Source: Candidatus Heimdallarchaeota archaeon
GTDB taxonomy: Archaea; Asgardarchaeota; Heimdallarchaeia; Heimdallarchaeales; Heimdallarchaeaceae
NCBI GenBank assembly: GCA_016839945.1
Contig: JAEOTE010000013.1
Location: 1-11,789, forward strand
DNA length: 11,789 nucleotides
Direction of reading: 5' to 3'
The translations under genes and the position numbers were made by a program. The notes beneath the pieces were generated by a model. That model was not told the origin of the DNA, searched no databases, and saw only the letters and a program-made list of their open reading frames with translations. Every line of letters begins with the position of its first letter. Position 1 is the stretch's first letter. This document shows positions 1 through 7,789 of this stretch, one piece after another.

Positions 1-104
1 ATCAGAAATCCTTGGCATATGTTTTTATTTTGTTTTTTGGATATGTTGCAATAAGAGTAATGTTCATTCTAAACAGAGAAAAGAAGGTTGAAGATACAGC
101 TTAG
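1..104 (+). CDS. 3' end of an upstream gene (partial), ending in a transmembrane helix plus charged tail
   Basis: Frame starting at nt 3 reads QKSLAYVFILFFGYVAIRVMFILNREKKVEDTA* (TAG 102-104): hydrophobic helix, then a charged tail, followed by a T8 run at 119-126. Not in the ORF track because the start lies outside the window. Confidence 0.6.
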   Translation, partial: QKSLAYVFILFFGYVAIRVMFILNREKKVEDTA

Positions 105-136
105 AATTAAATATTCGGTTTTTTTTGTATACTAGA

Positions 137-144
137 TTTATAAA
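137..144 (+). promoter_or_regulatory. Putative archaeal TATA box for the S8 protease gene
   Basis: TTTATAAA ends 25 nt before ATG 170, which fits a leaderless or short-leader archaeal transcript. Confidence 0.5.
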
Positions 145-169
145 TGATGAAAGACATAGATTCACTAGT

Positions 170-1372
170 ATGAAAAACAAAAAAAAACTAATTGCTCTAG
201 TAATTTCTGTTTTGTTCTTCTTCTCTACAATGTACGGAATGAGTGAAAATAACATTAATCGTAACATTACTAAAAATAATTTTACAGGCTACTCTGACAT
301 TGGATGGCATCTAGATCAAATTAACATCACAGATGCATGGGATTTAACTGCTGGTTCTCCAGAAATCATTATTGCAGTAATAGATTCAGGAATAGATTTC
401 AATCATACTGAAGTAGTCAATGAATGGAAAAATGTGGATGAAATGCCTTTTGATGGCATAGATGATGATGCAAATGGTTACATAGATGATTATCATGGAT
501 GGGATTTTGTGACTAATGATTCTGAACCTGGTCATGAAGTAATTGATCCTGTTCACTGGCATGCAACCTTTATTACAGGTATCATCACTGCTCCTTTGGA
601 TGATTATGGTGTTGCAGGTGTAGCACCCAACGTTACAGTAATGAATTTACGTGTTTTAGATGCAACCAATATGCAAGGAACTACAGATGGAGAACTTGGT
701 GATGCAATAAGATATGCTGTTGATAATGGTGCAGATGTCATTAATCTAAGTCTTCAGTATTATTTTGCTAATTTCTCCTATCTTGATGATATCCAATATG
801 CCATTTCAAAAAATGTATCCGTTGTTTCAGTAACTGGGAATACATGGGCAGGAGGAATAGATTTTCCATCCTATCCAGGTGCATATGATGAAGTAATTTC
901 AGTAGGGGCAACCAATTCTTTCTATCAAAAAGCATTTTACAGTAATTTTGGTTCTCCATGGACCGAATTAATGGCTCCAGTTGGTGATGGTGAAGGCGGT
1001 TTGATAATAAACAGTACATTTCCACCACCTAATATTCCATATGGAACTGCCATTGGAACATCATTTGCAGCTCCCCAAGTTGCAGCAGTAATTGCGCTTA
1101 TGAAATCTGTAAATTATACAATACCTATTGCTGAAATAAGATCTATTCTCCAAACAACAGCACTAGATCTTGGACCTCCTGGAATAGATCCTGAATTTGG
1201 TTATGGTTTAATTAATGCTACAGCTGCAGTTCTGGAAGTATATAATAGATACAATGTTCCAGTAGTTCAGGAATTTGGTCCTACACACATATCTATAATA
1301 TTAACAGTAGTTATATCCACAATAGCAGTTTTACCAAGAGTGTTAAAAAGAAAAGAAATGAAGAAAATTTAA
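170..1372 (+). CDS. Secreted, membrane-anchored subtilisin-like serine protease (peptidase S8)
   Basis: Catalytic motifs IAVIDSG (Asp), HWHATFITGII (His), GTSFAAPQVA (Ser), oxyanion TGN; Ca-binding-type insert DGIDDDANGYIDDYHGWDF; FGYGLINA end motif. ATG 170 is preferred over TTG 125 because it gives a signal peptide (MKNKKKLIALVISVLFFFSTMYG) and sits at the right distance from the TATA box. C-terminal TM helix plus basic tail. Confidence 0.95.
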   Translation: MKNKKKLIALVISVLFFFSTMYGMSENNINRNITKNNFTGYSDIGWHLDQINITDAWDLTAGSPEIIIAVIDSGIDFNHTEVVNEWKNVDEMPFDGIDDDANGYIDDYHGWDFVTNDSEPGHEVIDPVHWHATFITGIITAPLDDYGVAGVAPNVTVMNLRVLDATNMQGTTDGELGDAIRYAVDNGADVINLSLQYYFANFSYLDDIQYAISKNVSVVSVTGNTWAGGIDFPSYPGAYDEVISVGATNSFYQKAFYSNFGSPWTELMAPVGDGEGGLIINSTFPPPNIPYGTAIGTSFAAPQVAAVIALMKSVNYTIPIAEIRSILQTTALDLGPPGIDPEFGYGLINATAAVLEVYNRYNVPVVQEFGPTHISIILTVVISTIAVLPRVLKRKEMKKI

Positions 1373-1394
1373 TCTTTCTTTTTTTCTTTTATTT
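1373..1394 (+). terminator. Oligo-T (U-tract) terminator
   Basis: TCTTTCTTTTTTTCTTTTATTT immediately after the TAA stop. Confidence 0.6.
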
Positions 1395-1471
1395 CAAAAT
1401 TAATTTGTGTTTATTCGAACACAAGAAGCATTATTTGAGTTTGTATACATATTACTACAGGTTTGATATTT

Positions 1472-3661
1472 ATGTATATTACAAAGACAAAAATCAGTAT
1501 TGGAATAATTTCAATTTTATTAATAACAGGATTAGCTGTGACGATTCCACTTTTAGTAAAGAAAACACCGCATGGAATTTTTGACGGAAAGAACGTGATT
1601 GCTGGAACAGCTGCTGCTTACACTATTAAGAGTGCTGTAAGTACTTCTTTTGGAACTTATACTCCTTTAACCTTCGATTTTTCTCCCTCAATTACTCCAA
1701 CAGGTATAGCCAATAATCTAGCAAATGTAGATAAACAAGGTCTTGATCTATCTCCAGAAGTCAAACGAGCTCTTGAACAATATGGTTTTGCTCTTGTTGA
1801 TGAAGGATATGAAGATATCTATGAATTGTATGAAAATCCTTCTGAACCTTCTCCTAGATTTGTAACTACTGATTTGTGTTTACATGCTTATCATGTTCTG
1901 TATGATATTACTCTTAGAATTTTAGAGGGTGAAAATTTCTTTTATGATTTTGAACAAATGCTTATAACACTGAGAGAAGCTCAAATCGCTCTTAATCTAA
2001 CAGTTACTCAACCCATTGTTCATGATGCTATTAACAAGAATGTTGCATATTTATCAGTGATGCTTTATCTATTGAATGACACTAATTCAATTCCTGCTGA
2101 AGTAGCTACTCTTACAAATCTAGAGCTTGAAAAAATGGACGCTGGAGTGAGAGATTATTCACCTATTTTTGGCTATGAGGAAGATTATACACAATACAAG
2201 GTGAGAGGCCATTATACTAGAAATGAAATTCTTGGGAACTATTTTAAAGCGATGATGTATGCTGGAAGGATTAGTTTTCTCCTCCAAAGTCCAATGGGTG
2301 ATCCAGCTATGGGGATTGAACATACAAGAATGGCTATACTTCTTGTTTCAAGTTTCAATACATCTATTGGTCCAGATACTGTCTGGGATTACTGGGACTT
2401 AGTGTATGAACCTACAGTCTTCTATGTTGGAGCAAGTGATGATTTAACAGCAGCTGAGTATTACCAACTATGGCAAAATCAAGGAGCTCCAGCTGGAGAT
2501 ATTTTAGCGACTGAAAGTGTTATTACCTCTTTTATCGATGAAGCAAAAACTTATCGAAAACCCAAGATAAATTCGATGTTTGTTTTTGATGCTTTTGAGC
2601 ATGAAAATATTACTCAAGGATTTAGGTTAATGGGACAACGATTTATACCAGATTCTTACATTTTCCAACAACTGGTCCATAATAAGGTTGGAGGAAGACT
2701 TATGCCAAATGGATTGGATGTTTTTTCAGTTTTTGGAAGTCAAAGAGCTGCTGATTATATGCAATCAGAGAATGCTTCTTATCCCGATTATAGTGATCAG
2801 ATTATAAAATTACGAACAGAGTTTGGCAATCTTACTGACTATGATTGGACACAAAATCTCTATTGGTTGTGGTTATATACTTTCTTCCCATTGTTGGAGC
2901 CAGCTTCCACAGGTTACCCTGGTTTTATGTTAAGCGATGCATGGACGGACAAAGCTTTAATGACTACCATGGGTTCTTGGGCAGAATTAAGACATGATAC
3001 AATCCTTTATGCAAAACAATCGTATACTTATGAAACATCTTTACCACCACCTGCAAAGGATGGATATGTAGAACCTTATCCAGAGGTATACGCTAGGTTA
3101 GCAAGTCTTGTTAGATTAATGCAAGATGGGCTAAACTCCAGAGGTTTATTATTAGATAGATTTGACTCTAAGCTTGAAGGAATAGCTGGAATATTTGATA
3201 GACTAACTGAAATAAGTATCAAAGAATTAGAAAATGAACATTTAACTGACGATGATCTAGACTTCATAAATTATGCAGGATCATATATAGCAGGATATGC
3301 AACATTTGAAGATCCAGAAGCTGATCCATGGACAAGTGAAGCAGACGATCGAATGGCAATTATTGCAGATGTTCATACAGATCCAAATACTGGAAAAGTT
3401 CTTGAGGTTGGTACTGGAGACCCTTATGTTATTTATGTGATTGTTCAAGACCATAAAGGAAAATTGAGATTAACTCGAGGAGGTACTTTCTCCTATTTTG
3501 AATTTAAGCATCCTATGCAAGATCGGTTATCTGATGAAGAATGGCAAGATATGATAGACACAAGTCCACCAGATTTACCAGATTGGATTCTAAATATTCT
3601 CCCAATTTACACAATTCTACAATCTCAATTGATGTTGGTTCCTTTAAATAATAAGAAGTAA
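1472..3661 (+). CDS. DUF3160 domain-containing protein with N-terminal membrane anchor
   Basis: Family-typical motifs FVTTDLCLHAYH, EDYTQYKVRGHYT, YFKAMMY, FRLMGQRFIPDSYIFQQLV, NLYWLWLY, GSWAELRHDTILYAKQSY, GYVEPYPEVY, IADVHTDP, SYFEF, RLSDEEWQ. N-terminal hydrophobic helix ISIGIISILLITGLAVTIPLLV. Start is ATG 1472 (alternative TTG 1463). Confidence 0.88.
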   Translation: MYITKTKISIGIISILLITGLAVTIPLLVKKTPHGIFDGKNVIAGTAAAYTIKSAVSTSFGTYTPLTFDFSPSITPTGIANNLANVDKQGLDLSPEVKRALEQYGFALVDEGYEDIYELYENPSEPSPRFVTTDLCLHAYHVLYDITLRILEGENFFYDFEQMLITLREAQIALNLTVTQPIVHDAINKNVAYLSVMLYLLNDTNSIPAEVATLTNLELEKMDAGVRDYSPIFGYEEDYTQYKVRGHYTRNEILGNYFKAMMYAGRISFLLQSPMGDPAMGIEHTRMAILLVSSFNTSIGPDTVWDYWDLVYEPTVFYVGASDDLTAAEYYQLWQNQGAPAGDILATESVITSFIDEAKTYRKPKINSMFVFDAFEHENITQGFRLMGQRFIPDSYIFQQLVHNKVGGRLMPNGLDVFSVFGSQRAADYMQSENASYPDYSDQIIKLRTEFGNLTDYDWTQNLYWLWLYTFFPLLEPASTGYPGFMLSDAWTDKALMTTMGSWAELRHDTILYAKQSYTYETSLPPPAKDGYVEPYPEVYARLASLVRLMQDGLNSRGLLLDRFDSKLEGIAGIFDRLTEISIKELENEHLTDDDLDFINYAGSYIAGYATFEDPEADPWTSEADDRMAIIADVHTDPNTGKVLEVGTGDPYVIYVIVQDHKGKLRLTRGGTFSYFEFKHPMQDRLSDEEWQDMIDTSPPDLPDWILNILPIYTILQSQLMLVPLNNKK

Positions 3662-3669
3662 TACAATAA

Positions 3670-3694
3670 TTCCTTTTTTCTTTTTTTCTTTTTT
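3670..3694 (+). terminator. Oligo-T (U-tract) terminator
   Basis: C-T6-C-T7-C-T6-C pyrimidine tract beginning about 10 nt after the DUF3160 stop. Confidence 0.65.
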
Positions 3695-3775
3695 CATGCT
3701 AATATTATTATACTATAATTGAGAAACTAAAATAATATTCAGTGAAGGTAAACAGTCTAATAAGAGGAAAACAAG

Positions 3776-4435
3776 TTGGAAAACAATTCAGCTTTTGAAA
3801 AAATTCAAAGTACTGTAGGAAATTTCCGAGATTTAGCTCTGTTTAATCAAACCTATATTAAGCCCGGAATGATTTATAGGTCTTCATCACCTATAGCAGA
3901 ACAATCTCCAGAATTACTTCAGAACATGCAAGATCTAGGAATTAAAACTATTGTAGATTTAAGATCAGCAGTTGAAATAGGATATGCCTCCTATGATGAT
4001 GATTTTCTAAATGCTTTCAAGTATTCATGGGTTCATCTAGATATCTCAATGCCATCTGATGTGATGTTAAGAGAAGGGAAGAGCGAACTATCTTTTTACA
4101 AGCAATTTTGTTGGTATACTCTTTTCTATAATAAACATCAAATCAGACGTTTTTTCAATATTCTTTCCCACCCAGAGAATTATTCAATTGTTATTCATTG
4201 TCATGCAGGGAGAGACAGAACTGGTGTAGTATCGAGTTTAATATTACTCCTTCTGAATGCTCCAGAACCAAATATTATACAAGATTACTTGGCTACAGAT
4301 GAATATACACTAAGTGAAGATATGGAATTTGTTTTTAATGAAGTAGAAGAAGCTGGAGGAATAATGAAGTATCTAACCAGTTGTGGTTTAAAACAAGATA
4401 CATTAGAAAGACTCGTAGAAAGATTAAGACCCTAA
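3776..4435 (+). CDS. Cys-based tyrosine/dual-specificity phosphatase, IphP/MptpB (Y_phosphatase3) family
   Basis: NFRDL, IYRSS, LGIKTIVDLRS, P-loop HCHAGRDRTG (CX5R) and IIQDYL motifs. TTG start is preceded by AGAGGA at 3763-3768. Confidence 0.92.
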   Translation: MENNSAFEKIQSTVGNFRDLALFNQTYIKPGMIYRSSSPIAEQSPELLQNMQDLGIKTIVDLRSAVEIGYASYDDDFLNAFKYSWVHLDISMPSDVMLREGKSELSFYKQFCWYTLFYNKHQIRRFFNILSHPENYSIVIHCHAGRDRTGVVSSLILLLLNAPEPNIIQDYLATDEYTLSEDMEFVFNEVEEAGGIMKYLTSCGLKQDTLERLVERLRP

Positions 4436-4499
4436 GGCAAAAGTTATTTTTAAGTGGTTTACAATCTATTCATCTCTTTCAAAAAGAGGATGTGAATAA

Positions 4500-5801
4500 T
4501 TGTCAAAATTAAACAATTTCCTTCAGCACTTTAAGATGAATGAAACGAATTCTCATCCTCATCTGAATACTAGAATGAAATTTTTAGTTTATTCAATCTC
4601 AGCTTTTGGTACTGCAGCTAGATTTATTGGTCGAATGTTTATAGAATTGTATGCAGTAATCATCGATTCTTCATCTACAGCTTTAGCAATGATTACAGCG
4701 TTAAGGAACTTGATTCAACTAGCCTTACAATCTTCTTTTGGAAGAATTTCTGATTTTCTTGGAAGAAAGATATTAATTCTTATTGGATTGTTTGGTGCAG
4801 GAATTTCACTAGCTCTCTTTCCTCTGATTCATAATCAATGGGTATTAGTTGGTGGAGTTGTTATATTTTCGATTTGTTTTGCTTGCTTTTCTCCTGCTTT
4901 TACAGCTCTTCTTGGTGATTTAACAGATAGAAAGAATCGAGCTGGTCTACTTAGTTTAGTAACCATGGTTGGTGCAATTGCTTCTTTTATTGGATTGATA
5001 GTTATTGGTGAGCTTAGTAATCTTGGTGAAAATGAGCATCTACAATATACAATAATCCTTGAAGCTGCTGCAGGATTATTTATTATTACGGGAATTTTTG
5101 GTGTCTTTCTTATGGATCCACCAACAGAAAAACTGAGGGAGAGAAGCGTATTAACTTTGACTCCTTTGAAAGAAAACAAAAATTTCAGAAATTTTGTTAT
5201 TGTTGGTTCACTAATGGGTTTCGCAATGTCTTTAGGATGGCCTATTTTTCCTCAAGTTAGAGGTACTTTTGCATCAGCTCAAGAAAACACCTGGATTTGG
5301 GCTTCATTTAGTATTTCTATGATTCTAGCATTAATCATAACTAAACCATTTATAGACAGAGTGAAAAGAAAATGGGCTCTGTATATTGGGAGAGCTGTTA
5401 TGTTTTTTGTCCCATTGAATTTAGCAATAACAGTTTTATGGGTTCCTTATTGGTGGCATATGGCTATCGGTTCTGCAGTTAGCGGTTTTGGAAATGCATT
5501 TTACATGGTAGCAGAAAGTGCTTATGCGTTAGATAGTGCAAGTGAGAAAGAAAAAGGAACATACACAGGATTATTTTATCTTTTCTTGGGTTTAGCTACT
5601 TTTGCTGGATCTCTTATTTCAGGAATACTTGCCGATGTTACTACGAAAATCTTAGGTAATTGGGAACAAACTATGGTGATTTTTCTATGGATTATAACTG
5701 CTTTCAGATTTACTTCTTCCTTAGGTTTCATACTCCTTAAAGAACCACAAGTAGTTGAACCTGTATGGGAAACTGTTAAAATTGATAAAACCAAAGAATA
5801 A
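4500..5801 (+). CDS. Major facilitator superfamily transporter
   Basis: About 12 hydrophobic segments in two halves, motif A FGRISDFLGRK, and inter-helix motifs DLTDRKNRAG and EKEKGTYTG. Start uncertain: TTG 4500 (AGAGGA at 4485-4490) or ATG 4536/4575. Confidence 0.92.
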   Translation: MSKLNNFLQHFKMNETNSHPHLNTRMKFLVYSISAFGTAARFIGRMFIELYAVIIDSSSTALAMITALRNLIQLALQSSFGRISDFLGRKILILIGLFGAGISLALFPLIHNQWVLVGGVVIFSICFACFSPAFTALLGDLTDRKNRAGLLSLVTMVGAIASFIGLIVIGELSNLGENEHLQYTIILEAAAGLFIITGIFGVFLMDPPTEKLRERSVLTLTPLKENKNFRNFVIVGSLMGFAMSLGWPIFPQVRGTFASAQENTWIWASFSISMILALIITKPFIDRVKRKWALYIGRAVMFFVPLNLAITVLWVPYWWHMAIGSAVSGFGNAFYMVAESAYALDSASEKEKGTYTGLFYLFLGLATFAGSLISGILADVTTKILGNWEQTMVIFLWIITAFRFTSSLGFILLKEPQVVEPVWETVKIDKTKE

Positions 5802-5804
5802 ATA

Positions 5805-6773
5805 ATGAGTGAAAAATTAGATTTTGGATTATTAGCTTCATTTACATTTCCACTAACAGAAGTTCAATCTTTCAAAGATTTTGAGGAGATCGTAACTAAT
5901 GCTGAAGAAATTGGATTTGATGCAGCATTTTTCAACGATCACTTTGTTCCCTTTCCTTCCCCTCAACCTACTAATATATTTGATTGTTGGACATTGATGA
6001 GTGCATTAGCTGCAATAACTTACAAAATAAAACTTGGAACTATGGTATCTGCAATTGGATATAGACATCCAAGTGTTTTAGCGAAGATAGGAACAACAAT
6101 AGATCATGTTAGCAATGGAAGACTGATTTTTGGAATTGGAGCTGGTTGGTATATTGATGAATATTTCATGCATGGGATTGATTATCCTAAAGCAGGTAAA
6201 AGAATCGAGCAGCTTAAGGAAGCAGTCGAATATATAAAAAATCTATGGACGCAGGATGTTGCCAGTTATGTTGGCAAACACTATAAATTAGAAGACGCTA
6301 TTCATGAACCAAAGCCAGTACAGAAACCTTTCCCTCCTATTTGGATAGGTGGTTCTGGTGAAAAGAAAACACTAAAGGTTGTTGCACAACACGCTGATGC
6401 TAGTAATTTTGGTGGAACTACTGAGAATGTTAAGCGGTTGAATGACATATTAGATGGTTACTGTGTTGAGAATGGAAGAAAACCAGGAGAGATTCTCAGA
6501 ACTAGTGGATTATTAATTCATGTAGCAAAAACTGAAGAAAGGGCAATTAAAAAGGCCAAAGCTTACAAGAATAAACACCCAAGAAAAGAAGTAAAAACAA
6601 AATCATGGAAAACTTATGTGCAGGATAGGTTAATAGGAACTCCAGAACAGTGTGTACAAAAGTTATATGAATACATTGATGCTGGAATGCAATATACAAT
6701 TCTTATAGTACCAGATATGCATGATTCATCAATTTTAAGATTAATAGGAGAAGAAATAATAAACAAGATATAG
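5805..6773 (+). CDS. LLM-class (luciferase-like) oxidoreductase, probably F420-dependent, Rv1855c-like
   Basis: NDHF, DCWTLMSALAAIT, LGTMVSAIGYRHPSVLAK, DHVSNGRLIFGIGAGWY, PKPVQKPFPPIWIGGSGEKKTLKVVAQHAD and IGTPEQ motifs. Starts 3 nt after the MFS stop. Confidence 0.92.
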   Translation: MSEKLDFGLLASFTFPLTEVQSFKDFEEIVTNAEEIGFDAAFFNDHFVPFPSPQPTNIFDCWTLMSALAAITYKIKLGTMVSAIGYRHPSVLAKIGTTIDHVSNGRLIFGIGAGWYIDEYFMHGIDYPKAGKRIEQLKEAVEYIKNLWTQDVASYVGKHYKLEDAIHEPKPVQKPFPPIWIGGSGEKKTLKVVAQHADASNFGGTTENVKRLNDILDGYCVENGRKPGEILRTSGLLIHVAKTEERAIKKAKAYKNKHPRKEVKTKSWKTYVQDRLIGTPEQCVQKLYEYIDAGMQYTILIVPDMHDSSILRLIGEEIINKI

Positions 6774-6791
6774 CTTTCTTTTTTCTTATTT
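6774..6791 (+). terminator. Oligo-T (U-tract) terminator
   Basis: CTTTCTTTTTTCTTATTT directly after the TAG stop. Confidence 0.6.
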
Positions 6792-6801
6792 GAATTAAAA
6801 A

Positions 6802-6809
6802 TTTAAAAA
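6802..6809 (+). promoter_or_regulatory. Putative TATA box (with A-rich BRE-like flank) for the DUF1295 gene
   Basis: AAAAA followed by TTTAAAAA, ending 24 nt before ATG 6834. Confidence 0.45.
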
Positions 6810-6833
6810 GGTTAAAAGAATATAATTTCTTAT

Positions 6834-7703
6834 ATGATAATTTATCCTATGGAAATTGTTTACATTTCATTATGGACAATCTTCACATTGTTCACATTTC
6901 TCAATATTTTATTCATTGCATCCCTTATTTTGAAAAACAACACAGTTATGGACTGGGGATACGGATTAGCGTATTTCTTAATCGCAATTACTGTTTTATT
7001 AATAGAGAGAGATTTCGTAGGTAGAAGTATTCTAGTCACATGCTTAGTAACTGTGTGGGCTTTAAGGCTTTCAATTTATCTCTTTTTACGAAGTAGGGGA
7101 AAACCAGAAGATTTCAGATATAAAAAATGGAGAGAGGATTGGGGAAGTAAATTTGTAAAACGAAGTTATTTACAGGTTTATATGCTTCAAGGAGTTCTAA
7201 TCGTTCTTATGATCATACCAGTCTTTTTGATTAACACATTAAGTTATGAACCATCTTGGGGTCCTTATGATATGTTAGTGAATATAGAATTAGAATGGTA
7301 TGATTTAGTTGGAGGAATTCTATGGTTAATTGGTTTCTCATTTGAAACAATTGGAGATCTTCAAATGTACAAATTTAAGAAAAATCCTGAAAACAAAGGT
7401 AAAATAATGAATGAAGGATTATGGAAGTATACTCGACATCCAAACTATTTTGGCGAAGCTACACTCTGGTGGGGAATTTTCATTCTTTTTATACCTGTAG
7501 CAATCATGTGGGATGGTTTGTATCCTTATATTTGGATTGCAATAATCAGTCCAATTCTTATTACTTTCTTACTTTTAAGAGTTTCTGGAATAACTTTACT
7601 AGAAAAGAAATTATCTAATATTCCTGAATATGCAGACTATCAAAGGAGTACTAGTGCATTTATTCCTTGGTTTCCTAAAAAACAAAAAGAAGATGTGGAT
7701 TAA
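6834..7703 (+). CDS. DUF1295 family integral membrane protein (steroid 5-alpha-reductase/ICMT-like superfamily)
   Basis: [42 protein letters not shown] and [14 protein letters not shown] motifs; multiple TM helices. Alternative start 6849. Confidence 0.92.
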   Translation: MIIYPMEIVYISLWTIFTLFTFLNILFIASLILKNNTVMDWGYGLAYFLIAITVLLIERDFVGRSILVTCLVTVWALRLSIYLFLRSRGKPEDFRYKKWREDWGSKFVKRSYLQVYMLQGVLIVLMIIPVFLINTLSYEPSWGPYDMLVNIELEWYDLVGGILWLIGFSFETIGDLQMYKFKKNPENKGKIMNEGLWKYTRHPNYFGEATLWWGIFILFIPVAIMWDGLYPYIWIAIISPILITFLLLRVSGITLLEKKLSNIPEYADYQRSTSAFIPWFPKKQKEDVD

Positions 7704-7789
7704 TTTTCCCCATTAATAAACCTATTTTTTTACATTTGAATATGTTTATATTTTATCTTCTCCCCACAACTTTAGAAATAAAAAAATAA

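Noticed and set aside
125-169. TTG-initiated N-terminal extension of the S8 ORF
   Set aside because: Covers the TATA-like box and would bury the signal peptide; ATG 170 fits better.
64-267. 67-aa minus-strand ORF
   Set aside because: Antisense to the S8 signal peptide and the upstream gene end; no recognisable motif.
768-1028. 86-aa minus-strand ORF
   Set aside because: Shadow of the S8 catalytic domain.
3076-3267. 63-aa minus-strand ORF
   Set aside because: Ser-rich antisense shadow inside DUF3160.
4835-5794. Minus-strand ORFs 4835-5179 and 5576-5794
   Set aside because: In-register antisense shadows of the MFS gene with no independent signals.
7421-7618. 65-aa alternative-frame + ORF
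   Set aside because: Lies entirely within the conserved DUF1295 core; no motif.
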